DNA from: a virus
Virus record (IMG/VR): IMGVR_UViG_3300038393_001444
Location: 30,345-94,344 of that record
DNA length: 64,000 bases
Reading direction: 5' to 3' (one strand)
Positions 45,794-54,483 of this stretch are shown one piece after another (position 1 is the stretch's first letter; each line of letters opens with the position of its first letter). Both the position numbers and the translations under genes were made by a program. Below the pieces are notes generated by a model. It saw nothing but the letters and a program-made list of their open reading frames with translations. It made no database searches and was not told the DNA's origin.

Positions 45794-46328
45794 AGTCGAT
45801 GGTATCCCGGGGCGCTACTTTGCCTGCGCCCGCTACGGCACGATGACGCCGGAAGCCTGCGGCAAGAACTTCGCCGCCGCGCCGCGCGCGTTCCGGCTGT
45901 CCGGACGGCTGGAAGGCTGCCTGAATTGCCCGGTCGGCCGCGAGCACTGCGCCGGCGCGCCGGTGCCGGAAGCCGCCGCCGCACCGGAGATCTACTACCG
46001 CCCGGTCTGCCTGCGCTGCCGCCGCGACGGCAAGGAAGAGGGCAGCCGCCTGATCTCGCGCATGCGGCTGGTGCGCAATCAGACGATTTGCGTGTCGTGT
46101 TTCAACCGCGAGCGCGAAGTGCTGCTGGGCGCGAACGCCAAGGGCGCGAAGCCGAAGAAGTGGCAGCTGTACCGGCCGCAGGTGGCCTATGTGCGCGATT
46201 CGCGCGTCATGCGCGAGGCGATGGCCACGCCGGTCGTGGATCGCACGGAAGCCGCGCTGACGCTGCTGCGCCAAGGCGGCACGGGCAGCGTGATGTGGGC
46301 CCCGGCCCCGGTCGTGAAGCTGTCGTAA
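45777..46328 (+). CDS. Cys-rich zinc-binding protein
   Basis: CLNCPVG..H, CLRC, ICVSCFNREREV. Confidence 0.7.
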   Translation: MPTYFEVDGIPGRYFACARYGTMTPEACGKNFAAAPRAFRLSGRLEGCLNCPVGREHCAGAPVPEAAAAPEIYYRPVCLRCRRDGKEEGSRLISRMRLVRNQTICVSCFNREREVLLGANAKGAKPKKWQLYRPQVAYVRDSRVMREAMATPVVDRTEAALTLLRQGGTGSVMWAPAPVVKLS

Positions 46329-46339
46329 GGGGAGAGCGC

Positions 46340-46714
46340 ATGTACGTGCAGCAGATGCCGCTGTTCGACGCCGAGGGCGTGGTGGTGCCGGACTCGGTGC
46401 CGTTCCGTAAGCGCCCGGTCGCGCCGCCGTCCTGGCAGCTGGCCGACCATGCCTGCCGGTTCTGCTTCGGCCGGGTGCTGGTGCGCAAAGTGAAGGGGCG
46501 CGTGGTGGAAGCCCGCTGCGCCGAGTGCAGCAAGAGTGCGCAGTCCGGCCCCGAAGGGATCTGCTGCTGCGGCGCGGACTGCGGCGCGCTGGGCAAGGCG
46601 CTGGAATGCTTCCGCAATCCGAGCCCGAGCGCCGAAAACCCGCAAGAGATCATGGTGCGCGAAGTCGCGCGCGAGGCGGCCGAAGAGCCGAAGCCGATTA
46701 TCAACGTGCGTTAA
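46340..46714 (+). CDS. Cys-rich zinc-binding protein
   Basis: HACRFCFGRV, RCAEC, ICCCG; RBS GGGGAG. Confidence 0.7.
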   Translation: MYVQQMPLFDAEGVVVPDSVPFRKRPVAPPSWQLADHACRFCFGRVLVRKVKGRVVEARCAECSKSAQSGPEGICCCGADCGALGKALECFRNPSPSAENPQEIMVREVAREAAEEPKPIINVR

Positions 46715-46728
46715 GGGAGTAGAAGGAA

Positions 46729-47265
46729 ATGATGAGCCAAGCGCGCCAGCAGGCGCTGTTGCAGGGGCAGACGGCCCAAGCCCGAAAGATCTTCGACGTG
46801 GTGCCGATCGGTGAGCAGTGGACGACGAACCAGCTGATCGCCGAGCTCGCGCGGCGCGGCACGACGATGCAGCTGAACCACGTCACCGGCTGCCTGCGCA
46901 CCCTGGTCGATGCCGGGCTGGTCACAGAAACATCGACGCCGGGCGCGTACTTGTGGCAGCGGGTTCCGGTCAAGGAAGAGAAGCCGAAGAGCCGGCCCGC
47001 GCCGGCCGCGCTGGTCAAGAGCGAAGCCGCCGGCGTGTACCACCTGCCGGTCGAAGAAAAGCTGTCGCCGATGGCGCGGCTCGAGCAGATCGCGGTGAAG
47101 GTCAGCCAGCTGGGCGCGCAGGTGGCGGTGCTGTCCAATGAGCTCGCCGACGCGATCATCGACGTGCAGGCGCAGCAGGAAGCCAGCCGCGCGAACCTGC
47201 AGAAGCTCGCGCAGCTGCAGGCGCTGCTCAAGGGCATCGGCAATCTGGACACGATCGAAGCGTGA
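46729..47265 (+). CDS. Winged-helix plus coiled-coil protein
   Basis: WTTNQLIAEL..GCLRTLVDAGLV pattern. Confidence 0.7.
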   Translation: MMSQARQQALLQGQTAQARKIFDVVPIGEQWTTNQLIAELARRGTTMQLNHVTGCLRTLVDAGLVTETSTPGAYLWQRVPVKEEKPKSRPAPAALVKSEAAGVYHLPVEEKLSPMARLEQIAVKVSQLGAQVAVLSNELADAIIDVQAQQEASRANLQKLAQLQALLKGIGNLDTIEA

Positions 47266-47282
47266 TCCATCCCGGGGTGATT

Positions 47283-47298
47283 GTCGTGATAACACAAT
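47283..47298 (+). promoter_or_regulatory. Late-promoter motif copy 11 (GTCGTGA-taa-CACAAT)
   Basis: Consensus match upstream of HU-like gene. Confidence 0.7.
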
Positions 47299-47334
47299 CA
47301 TTCCGGTTCGTTGATCACAGAGAAGAGAGAGCAA

Positions 47335-47619
47335 ATGCTTACAAGGGATTTCGTGAATGCTGTTGCCGCCCGCGTCGAACTGCCGGCGGAAACCGTTCGC
47401 GCGGTGCTGGCCGCAACGCAAGACGTGGCGGTGGCCCAGCTGCAGGACAAGGGCGTGGTGCGGGTGCCTGGGATCGCCCAGCTGCGCCGCATCGAGCGCA
47501 ACGCGCGCATGGCGCGCAATCCGCGCACCGGCGAGGCGTGTGAAGTGAAGGTGGGCTTCACGGTCAAGGCCCGTCCGACGAAGCGCGTGGTCGACCGCGT
47601 CCTGGGCATCGAAGAATAG
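47335..47619 (+). CDS. HU/IHF-family DNA-binding protein
   Basis: RNARMARNPRTGE arm motif. Confidence 0.88.
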   Translation: MLTRDFVNAVAARVELPAETVRAVLAATQDVAVAQLQDKGVVRVPGIAQLRRIERNARMARNPRTGEACEVKVGFTVKARPTKRVVDRVLGIEE

Positions 47620-47640
47620 CGCGCCGCGAGGCGTCATGGC

Positions 47641-47850
47641 CCCCAGCCGCAGGTGGGGTAAAACAGCGGCAGATCGAGGCAGCGCCCGGGTGTCCGTTTC
47701 ATGCTGCGGATGCTGGGGTTCCGGCCTGAAGGACAGGAGCATCGCAATATCCCCGCGCAGGCCGGTGCGGAGGGGAATGCCGGGTAGGCAGGGCGATGGT
47801 GCTGCATCAGGTGTCTGCTGATCGATCGGACGGCGGGTAAAAAGCCGCAT
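47641..47850 (+). ncRNA. Candidate structured RNA or leader
   Basis: About 255-nt gap with several nested stems; no convincing ORF. Confidence 0.35.
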
Positions 47851-47877
47851 CACTAATCCGAGAACAGGGAGCAATTC

Positions 47878-48483
47878 ATGAGCGTATTGATGCTGGTCGG
47901 CCTTCTGGCCTGGAACGGACTGATCTCCTGGGTCAATGCCTGGGTCTGCGGCAAGAACTGGATCGAATCGAAGGCGGTCGGCGGCTGGGCCCGGGTGCTG
48001 GTGTGGTGCGGCGCGGTGCAGAGCGCGATCGGCTTTTCCAGCATCATCCTGATGGCGCTGCTGGGCGTGGCGCACCTGTTCCACGTGCTGCCGCCGAAGC
48101 TCGAGCATGCGGCGCTGTCGCTGTGGTATTTGCTGATCATCGTCCCGGCGCTCGGTACCGGCTTTGCCATCCTGGTCGAATCCTGGCGCGTCGCGCTGCG
48201 CGATCGCTCGCTGCTGAACCTGGGCACGGCCGGCTACAACACGGTGGCCATGTGGCACAACGCGGCCGGGGCCTGGGATGGCATCGGCCGCGCGTTCGCC
48301 GATGTGGCCAGCGTGATCCCAAGCGGCGACGAGGATGACGCCGAAGCCGGCCTGCTGCTGCTGGCCTTCGCCATGGTGGTCACCGCCCTGGCGGCCGGGA
48401 TCTTCCTGACCGCCGCGCTGATCCGGCACTATGCCGGCACGGTGCCGCTGCCGACCGCGCGATTTCGGGCGCGCACCGCATAG
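47878..48483 (+). CDS. Multi-pass membrane protein
   Basis: RBS GGGAG; 4-5 hydrophobic segments. Confidence 0.75.
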   Translation: MSVLMLVGLLAWNGLISWVNAWVCGKNWIESKAVGGWARVLVWCGAVQSAIGFSSIILMALLGVAHLFHVLPPKLEHAALSLWYLLIIVPALGTGFAILVESWRVALRDRSLLNLGTAGYNTVAMWHNAAGAWDGIGRAFADVASVIPSGDEDDAEAGLLLLAFAMVVTALAAGIFLTAALIRHYAGTVPLPTARFRARTA

Positions 48484-48489
48484 ATTTCG

Positions 48490-48517
48490 TTGTTTTCATG
48501 GTGGAATATGATATAGT
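48490..48517 (+). promoter_or_regulatory. Sigma70-type promoter for candidate sRNA
   Basis: TTGTTT-N16-TATAGT; GGTGGAA/TTCCACC inverted repeat flanks the -10. Confidence 0.55.
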
Positions 48518-48523
48518 TCCACC

Positions 48524-48739
48524 TACGCAATGCGCTGGTGACGAAAGTGGCCAGCGCGAACAGGTAAGGGTCTTGCGTAAGGTGAGCGGCCAATCAGCTT
48601 CTTCACCCGGAGGCGGCAGCAGCCAGTGAGTCCCTTACCTGTTCGTTGGTTGGAATGTTCGGCGGGGTTTCTTTGGGAAGGGAAGGCCCGCCGGCGTTTC
48701 GTAGGAAGTACGGGCCCGGGGAAACCCGGGCTTTTTTTT
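48524..48739 (+). ncRNA. Candidate stand-alone structured small RNA (about 215 nt)
   Basis: Own promoter and terminator, GAAA hairpin, perfect 14-bp long-range stem, no credible ORF. Confidence 0.55.
48713..48739 (+). terminator. Rho-independent terminator
   Basis: GCCCGGG-GAAA-CCCGGGC followed by T8. Confidence 0.9.
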
Positions 48740-48756
48740 GCCTGCAGCGGTCCAAC

Positions 48757-48783
48757 AAAAAAGCCCGGGAGATCCCGGGCTTT
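48757..48783 (-). terminator. Rho-independent terminator for leftward early genes
   Basis: AAAAAAGCCCGGGA-GA-TCCCGGGCTTT. Confidence 0.85.
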
Positions 48784-48802
48784 GTCGTTTCTGCGGCGCG
48801 CG

Positions 48803-49171
48803 TCAGTTCGCCAGCTTGCCCGCGCCCGGCGGCAGGATCAGCCCGGGGCGCTTGCTCTTTTCCGCTTGGCCGCTGAAGTTCTCCGGCGTGGACGCCAGGA
48901 TATTGATGGCCGCGTTGAGCTCGCGCACCAGCCGGTTGATCTCGTCCAGCGCCAGCTGCGGATTCTTCGCGGCGACGGCTTCGCGGTTGATCTTGGCCAC
49001 GCGTCGCATGATGTCCTGCGCGCCGTGGAAGTAGGTGAACTGCAGCATCGCATCGAGCTCGGGCAGCGAGCCGTCGATCACGTCGCGCGCGAAGTCGGTC
49101 CATCCTTGCATCATGGTCGGGAATCGCGGGTCGATCTGCGCTTCCTGGGCGATGTTTTCCTGTTGCGGCAT
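48803..49171 (-). CDS. Hypothetical protein
   Basis: RBS AAGGA, own promoter and terminator. Confidence 0.7.
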   Translation of the reverse strand: MPQQENIAQEAQIDPRFPTMMQGWTDFARDVIDGSLPELDAMLQFTYFHGAQDIMRRVAKINREAVAAKNPQLALDEINRLVRELNAAINILASTPENFSGQAEKSKRPGLILPPGAGKLAN

Positions 49172-49207
49172 CTTATTTCCTTGAGGACATGGTTGATTTC
49201 GAGAGGA

Positions 49208-49236
49208 AATATATGGCGCAAAGCGTGATGGGTCAA
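49208..49236 (-). promoter_or_regulatory. Sigma70 early promoter with operator TGGCGC-aaa-GCGTGA
   Basis: TTGACC-N17-TATATT; operator 49214-49228. Confidence 0.75.
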
Positions 49237-49241
49237 GCGCT

Positions 49242-49601
49242 TTATTTTGCCTGGAAATCCGCATCGATCAGCGCGCTGATCTTGCGCTCGAGGCGCGTGG
49301 CCAGCGCGGTCGCCGGCTCGGCCGAATCGAGGATCTTGACCGGGCGATGCAGCGGCAGCTGGTTGATCTTCAGCCGCCAGCGCAGCGCAATGCCTTCCTG
49401 CTCGCACCAGCGCGCCAGCTGCTCGCAAACGCGGTCCCGGCGCACGGCGACATTGGCCCGTAGCGCGCCGATGCCGCGCGCGGCGGCGGCCCGGGTGATC
49501 ATCAGGGCGATGCCGTCCCGCTGCGCCAGTATCAGCGCATCCGGGGCGGGAATCGGGGCTTGGAAATGCGCCGGCGGGCGCTGATTGTTTTGAGGAAACA
49601 T
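49242..49601 (-). CDS. Hypothetical protein
   Basis: Fills gap, plausible coding bias. Confidence 0.5.
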   Translation of the reverse strand: MFPQNNQRPPAHFQAPIPAPDALILAQRDGIALMITRAAAARGIGALRANVAVRRDRVCEQLARWCEQEGIALRWRLKINQLPLHRPVKILDSAEPATALATRLERKISALIDADFQAK

Positions 49602-49668
49602 GCAGCCATTATATTTCCCGCCGGCAGCGAATGGTGAAGAGTTCCCGTAAATCCTCACCATTCCCCGG

Positions 49669-52452
49669 TCAGCGCTTGGTCACGTCGTAGCCGAGCGCGT
49701 TCAACAGCTGGGTGATGAAGCCGATGAAGCTGTTCATCATGGCCAGATCCGCCGCCGCAGGTTCCGGTTTCGCCGCAGGCGCGGCGGCCGGCGCGGGCTC
49801 CGGTGTTGCGGCAGGTGTTGCGGGCACTGTTGCGGGCGCAACAGGTTGCGGTGTTGCGGGTGCCGGTGCTGCGGGCGCAGCCGGCACTGTTGCGGCTGGT
49901 GTTGCGGCCGGCGCGGGTGTTGCGGGTTGCGGGGCGGGTGCCGGCGCAGCCTCGGCCACGGCCTTGTAGACTTCCTTCTGCAGGCCGGGGCTCGGATCGC
50001 TGCCGAAGAAGTCGTTCGACGGATCGAAGCTGCCCGACAGCGTCTTGACGATCCAGCTGCTGTTGAGCCCGTAGGCCACCTGGGTGTCGGCGTCGACGGT
50101 CAGGCCCTTGTCGTACTCGTGGCCGATCAGCAGCCATTGCCCGGTCAGGCCCTGCAGTTCCTTCGGCGCGGGCGGTGCCGGCGGCGGTGGCACCGGCGTC
50201 AGCTTGGTGCTGGCAATCGTCGGCAGTGTTGCGGGTGCGCCGGGGCCGACTTGCGCCGGGGCCTTCAGCGGGGCGATGCCGGGGTAGCGGAACGTGTGAT
50301 CAGCATCGCGCTGCGCGCCGAAGTCGCCAGCCTTCGAGGCGACATACTCGGTCTGCCGCTTCAGGTAGCGGTCGATGTTGGCCAGCGCCGCCGCCTTCTT
50401 CGGGTGGTCGATCTCGGGGAAGGCGTCGCGCATGATGTAGGCGAACTGGATGGCCGAGTGGGTGCAGACGTCGCGGTCGCCGCCGAAGCAGTTCACGCCG
50501 TCGTTGCTGTTGAAGTCGGCCGGGCCGGTTTCGATCTTGGCGCTCCATTCGCTCCAGTCGGCCGGCATGTCGGTGCCATCGGCGAACACCATCGAGGCCG
50601 GAAACTGCGCATACGGGAACATCGTGCCCTTGGTGTCGGCGAACAGGCCGAACACGTACTGGCAGGCATTGCGGATCGTGAACAGCAGCGCCGAATAGGC
50701 CGCGCCGCCGCGCGCCTGGATCGCCGCATACATGCCCGACTGCTTCATGTAGAGCAAGACGCCGCCGAGATAGAACGACAGGCCGCCGCCGGGAACGCCC
50801 CACTTGTCGCCCTGGAGCACCAGCGGCTGACCGAAGCGCGCGATGCCTTCATAGTAGTGGGCAAAGCCGCTCGGCCGATCGCCATTCTCCACCGGGGTTT
50901 GAATGTCGCGCCCGATCGATTCCAGCACGGCGCAGAAGCGGCCCAGAATCGCGCCCTGGTCGAAGCCGAGTGGGTGGCCAGCCGCCATCATGTAGGCCAG
51001 CACGTGATGCTTCCACTGCCATGCCATCGTGCGGATCATGTAGCTGCCGCCGTCGCCATCGCCGCCGCGTCCGCTCCACTGCGCGCTGCCGTGCGCCATG
51101 AAGCTGGTGATCGTGTCCCACTTCGACAGGATCATCATCAGCGGGCTCTGATAGCAGAGCGCCGCATCGCCGGCCGACGTGTAGTCGTGCAGCGCATCCC
51201 GGCCCCAGCCGTGATACGGCATGCGCCCGGCGCTGTCATAGTGACTATCGTTGGTGCCGTCGCGCTGGCAGGCATTCAGCTGGATCGCGTTCGGCGACAC
51301 GCCCGCGCCGTCGCCATAGTAATTGCCGATGAAGTACGGCACCGAGCCGATCAGATCCGCATCCGGGCGCAGGCTCAGGTTGTAGAGATCCGTCACCCAA
51401 TGGTTCGGGTGATTGCCATAGGCGAGCGCATAGTTGTAGGCGATCACGGAAAAGGCGACGCCATCCTGGCGCTTGCCGTTCGGGTCGGTCATCCACATGG
51501 CCAGCTGGCTCGGGAATGGGGCGCGATCCGGGCGCGGGCCGCCGGGCGCGGTGTAATAGTTGTGCGTGGTGCGGCTGCCGGCCTCGTACAGATAGCCTTC
51601 GATCCACGGGCCCATGAAGGCGGAATGGCCATCGTAGCAGGCATCGGAATAGGGGAAATACGGGTCGAAGGTGCCGGGCTTCGTGAAGTCCGGCCAGTAG
51701 GCCGCCTTCGGCTGCGCCCATTCCTTGTTCACGAAAATGTTGCCCAGCGAATTGAGCGAGTTGCCGCTGTAGCCGGTGGTGATCTCGGGCTCGCAGCCGT
51801 TGAAGGTAAAGTGGCTCTTGGCCTGGGACGGGCGCATGCCTTCGTCGGTGATGCCGGGGAAGAAGGATTCGAGCAGCGCCGAGCGGCGCGGCACTTCGTT
51901 TTCCCATATCAGGACGCCGCCGACGCTGAAGAACGGGCGATCGGGCTGGGTGTCGGTCGGGTAGCCCTGGTGCAGGCTGGCATCGTTGATGGCCAAGCCG
52001 TCATGCAGTTCGAACGTGTGCACCAGCGCGCCAGCCGCCGTCTTGGCCAGGATCTTGAACGCTCCCGGGAAAGTCGAATCGCGCTTCTTGTCGTAGGTGT
52101 CGGCAAACGGGAACGTCGACCACGGGTCGCCTGCGCCGCCGCGCGACAGCCAGATGCCCACCTGCAGCAGCGGCTGGGTGCCCGACGTGGTATTGCCGGC
52201 ATGGGACGCGAACAGGTGCGGGCCGAGCGCGAAGTCGCCCAGCTTGAGCGCCTTCGGGCTGCGATGCCATGCGGCCGCACCGCGCTCGGCGGCAAAGCGC
52301 GGATCTTGCGGGATGAAGTCCGGGCCGCGATCGGTCAGCGTGACCGTATCGGCCAGCACCGGCGCGGCCGGGTTCGTCCAGTCGTAGAGCTCATAAACCG
52401 TGGGCGCATTGGCCGGCAGGTCGGGTGCTGCGGGGATGGTGGTATCGGTCAT
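49669..52452 (-). CDS. 927-aa orphan: large aromatic-rich domain, lectin-like module, Pro/Ala linker, amphipathic C-tail
   Basis: Start MTDTTIP at 52452; VAYG..W..KT.SG..SNDFFGSDPSPGLQK module. Confidence 0.8.
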   Translation of the reverse strand: MTDTTIPAAPDLPANAPTVYELYDWTNPAAPVLADTVTLTDRGPDFIPQDPRFAAERGAAAWHRSPKALKLGDFALGPHLFASHAGNTTSGTQPLLQVGIWLSRGGAGDPWSTFPFADTYDKKRDSTFPGAFKILAKTAAGALVHTFELHDGLAINDASLHQGYPTDTQPDRPFFSVGGVLIWENEVPRRSALLESFFPGITDEGMRPSQAKSHFTFNGCEPEITTGYSGNSLNSLGNIFVNKEWAQPKAAYWPDFTKPGTFDPYFPYSDACYDGHSAFMGPWIEGYLYEAGSRTTHNYYTAPGGPRPDRAPFPSQLAMWMTDPNGKRQDGVAFSVIAYNYALAYGNHPNHWVTDLYNLSLRPDADLIGSVPYFIGNYYGDGAGVSPNAIQLNACQRDGTNDSHYDSAGRMPYHGWGRDALHDYTSAGDAALCYQSPLMMILSKWDTITSFMAHGSAQWSGRGGDGDGGSYMIRTMAWQWKHHVLAYMMAAGHPLGFDQGAILGRFCAVLESIGRDIQTPVENGDRPSGFAHYYEGIARFGQPLVLQGDKWGVPGGGLSFYLGGVLLYMKQSGMYAAIQARGGAAYSALLFTIRNACQYVFGLFADTKGTMFPYAQFPASMVFADGTDMPADWSEWSAKIETGPADFNSNDGVNCFGGDRDVCTHSAIQFAYIMRDAFPEIDHPKKAAALANIDRYLKRQTEYVASKAGDFGAQRDADHTFRYPGIAPLKAPAQVGPGAPATLPTIASTKLTPVPPPPAPPAPKELQGLTGQWLLIGHEYDKGLTVDADTQVAYGLNSSWIVKTLSGSFDPSNDFFGSDPSPGLQKEVYKAVAEAAPAPAPQPATPAPAATPAATVPAAPAAPAPATPQPVAPATVPATPAATPEPAPAAAPAAKPEPAAADLAMMNSFIGFITQLLNALGYDVTKR

Positions 52453-52576
52453 CGCAAGCCTTATCAAAATGTTAAAAGGGCCGTTTCCGGCCCCTAACAT
52501 TGTAATGCGGCAAATTCGATTTCCGTTCCAAGTTGCAACTTCGGCATGAAGTGGCAGACAGATAACTCGCGTTATC

Positions 52577-52945
52577 CTACTGCCCACTTTTCGTTGATTT
52601 CTCAATGATTCCGAACTGGCGATCGCTGCGCATGTCGATATCGCCGCTGCAGTGCTTGCACAGTTCATGCGCCTTCGCGCACTCCATGCACAGCGCGTCG
52701 GTGTGGGTGCTGCTGTAAGTCTGCATGGCGTCGCAGCAGGCGCAGGGCTGGTCCGTGAACGCTTGGCCAGCGATCGCCGGGAAGTAGTGGCATGCCTTGC
52801 AAAGCTGGCGCGCAATGCGGGCTTCCCGGTCGGAATCCTGCTTAATCTGCTGCGCTCGTTTCAGCGTGTCCCTGATCCGGCGGTTGGCGAAGTAGGTGGC
52901 CATCGACAGCGCGCTGCGGTCGAATGGACGGGCTTTTCGTTCCAT
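52577..52945 (-). CDS. Cys-rich hypothetical protein
   Basis: Four CxxC pairs; RBS GGGGAG. Confidence 0.7.
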   Translation of the reverse strand: MERKARPFDRSALSMATYFANRRIRDTLKRAQQIKQDSDREARIARQLCKACHYFPAIAGQAFTDQPCACCDAMQTYSSTHTDALCMECAKAHELCKHCSGDIDMRSDRQFGIIEKSTKSGQ

Positions 52946-53132
52946 GTTGCTCCCCTTTCAGTTTTTCGATTTCCGCCTTCAGCGAGGCATTGGCCAACTC
53001 CAGCACGGCAACCTTCGCCTCCAGCACCTTGATCAGCCGATGTGCCTTGCGCCATGCGTTGTACTTCACGAACGCGCCGCAAATGGTCTGCTCCAGATCC
53101 GTGATGCGCGCCGGGCCGTAGCGGGCGACCAT
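52842..53132 (-). CDS. Hypothetical coiled-coil protein
   Basis: Start MVARYGP; long overlap with next gene makes the end uncertain. Confidence 0.45.
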   Translation of the reverse strand: MVARYGPARITDLEQTICGAFVKYNAWRKAHRLIKVLEAKVAVLELANASLKAEIEKLKGEQHGTKSPSIRPQRAVDGHLLRQPPDQGHAETSAAD

Positions 53133-53137
53133 GGTGG

Positions 53138-53515
53138 CTAGTAGATGCTGCCGGCCTGCCCGGGCTCGTTGGAGCCGGTGCAGGCCAGATCGTGGTCGGA
53201 AGCCTTCGGGCAGCGCTTGTTGCCGCACGTCGGGCACAGAATCATGCGCAGCGGCTTTCTGCCCTTCGCGCATTTCCAGCAGCCGGCGTCGGCGTAGCCG
53301 TACATGGGTAGCGGAAGCGGATGCGAGCAATCGCTTTTATCCGCAGCTGGGGCCGCTGTTTCTGCTTGCGCGCCGGCGATCCGTTTCATTTCCAATGCGA
53401 TTTGGCGCGCGAAAGCCTCAATTCCGCCGGATTGATTGAGCCGGTAAATATCCATGATGCGTTCGGTGCTTAATTCGCTGGTTGCACCTTTTAATTCTTC
53501 GAATTCCATTTCCAT
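53138..53515 (-). CDS. Hypothetical protein with C-terminal zinc motif
   Basis: MILCPTCGNKRCPKASDH..CTGSNEPGQ motif common in phage early proteins. Confidence 0.7.
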   Translation of the reverse strand: MEMEFEELKGATSELSTERIMDIYRLNQSGGIEAFARQIALEMKRIAGAQAETAAPAADKSDCSHPLPLPMYGYADAGCWKCAKGRKPLRMILCPTCGNKRCPKASDHDLACTGSNEPGQAGSIY

Positions 53516-53546
53516 TTTCCTGATGTGCTATTCGACATAGCGCTCG

Positions 53547-53831
53547 TTATCGGTCATAGGCCGTGGCTATGTAGTCAGGCGGGAACTTCGCAAATCCGCA
53601 ATCACACATCACCACGCCTTTTCCAAGTTCCTCGGCCGGCTTCCAGTCATGTGCATGGGACGGCTTTGTTTCAAATGGGTCGGTTTGCATCATGGCCGGC
53701 GAAAACGGTTCGCCTTTCAATAGCGGCACGATCAGGCGCGCGATGCGCTCCCGTAGCTGGCCGGTGCCGTGGAAATCGTTGGCAATGTCGCGCAGCCGGT
53801 TGACGGTCTGCGCAATCTCGTGATCCTTCAT
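53547..53831 (-). CDS. Hypothetical protein
   Basis: MKDHEIAQTVNRLRDIA..FHGTGQLRERI module. Confidence 0.65.
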   Translation of the reverse strand: MKDHEIAQTVNRLRDIANDFHGTGQLRERIARLIVPLLKGEPFSPAMMQTDPFETKPSHAHDWKPAEELGKGVVMCDCGFAKFPPDYIATAYDR

Positions 53832-53847
53832 TTGTCATATCCCAAGA

Positions 53848-54438
53848 TTATCGGCCATACTTTCTAGAGGTATCTGGAGCCGTCCATCCTGGCGGCAAAA
53901 GCTTCTTCCAACTTTTCCCTTTCAAAACCTGAAGCGCTGTCGAGTGGCTGATGCCATAGATATTGGCAATCTGCATGCAGTCGTGGTTGCCTTCGTCAAA
54001 CAGCCGACGCATCTCAATTACGCGCTCTTCGGTAAGCCTGCTCAGATGATGTGCTTCGCCCTTTATTGTGCAGGCACCAACACGCTTTCCCGTGTCCAGA
54101 AAGTGATCGACATTCTCGCGTGGTGTCGTCCACTCGAGATTCGACAAGGTGTTATTCGTCAGATTAAAGTCCTTATGGTTGACCTGTAAATCGCCCGCAT
54201 TAGCGACGGGAAGAAACGCCAACATGACAAGCCGGCTGACCAACATGCTTTTTCTGTAGCCATCTTTACGCAAACCTACAATCAAATACCCTTGCGAATT
54301 TGGAGCTGGCTTTAGTATTCTGCTTTTTCCCCATTGCAGGGACATTACCCTGCCATGATTGCTGACTAGGTATTGGCCGCCGAATCCAGGCGCATCGCGC
54401 CACTCCTCACCCGGCAAATCCTCAATTGGCTTTGTCAT
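53848..54438 (-). CDS. NUMOD4-HNH homing endonuclease
   Basis: EEWRDAPGF..YLVSNHGRV; VNHKD..NN.LSNLEW.T..EN; visibly lower GC. Confidence 0.9.
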   Translation of the reverse strand: MTKPIEDLPGEEWRDAPGFGGQYLVSNHGRVMSLQWGKSRILKPAPNSQGYLIVGLRKDGYRKSMLVSRLVMLAFLPVANAGDLQVNHKDFNLTNNTLSNLEWTTPRENVDHFLDTGKRVGACTIKGEAHHLSRLTEERVIEMRRLFDEGNHDCMQIANIYGISHSTALQVLKGKSWKKLLPPGWTAPDTSRKYGR

Positions 54439-54483
54439 CTCAATAGACCCGGTTTATTTTACTTTTTGGATATTACGCGCACT

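Noticed and set aside
48600-48630. Resemblance of CCGGAGGCGGCAGCAGCC to SRP (4.5S) RNA domain IV
   Set aside because: The conserved CAGG strand and symmetric loop are missing; similarity too short
49750-49950. Repeated TGTTGCGG units as CRISPR or VNTR
   Set aside because: Irregular spacing; they encode the Pro-Ala-Thr linker of the 927-aa protein
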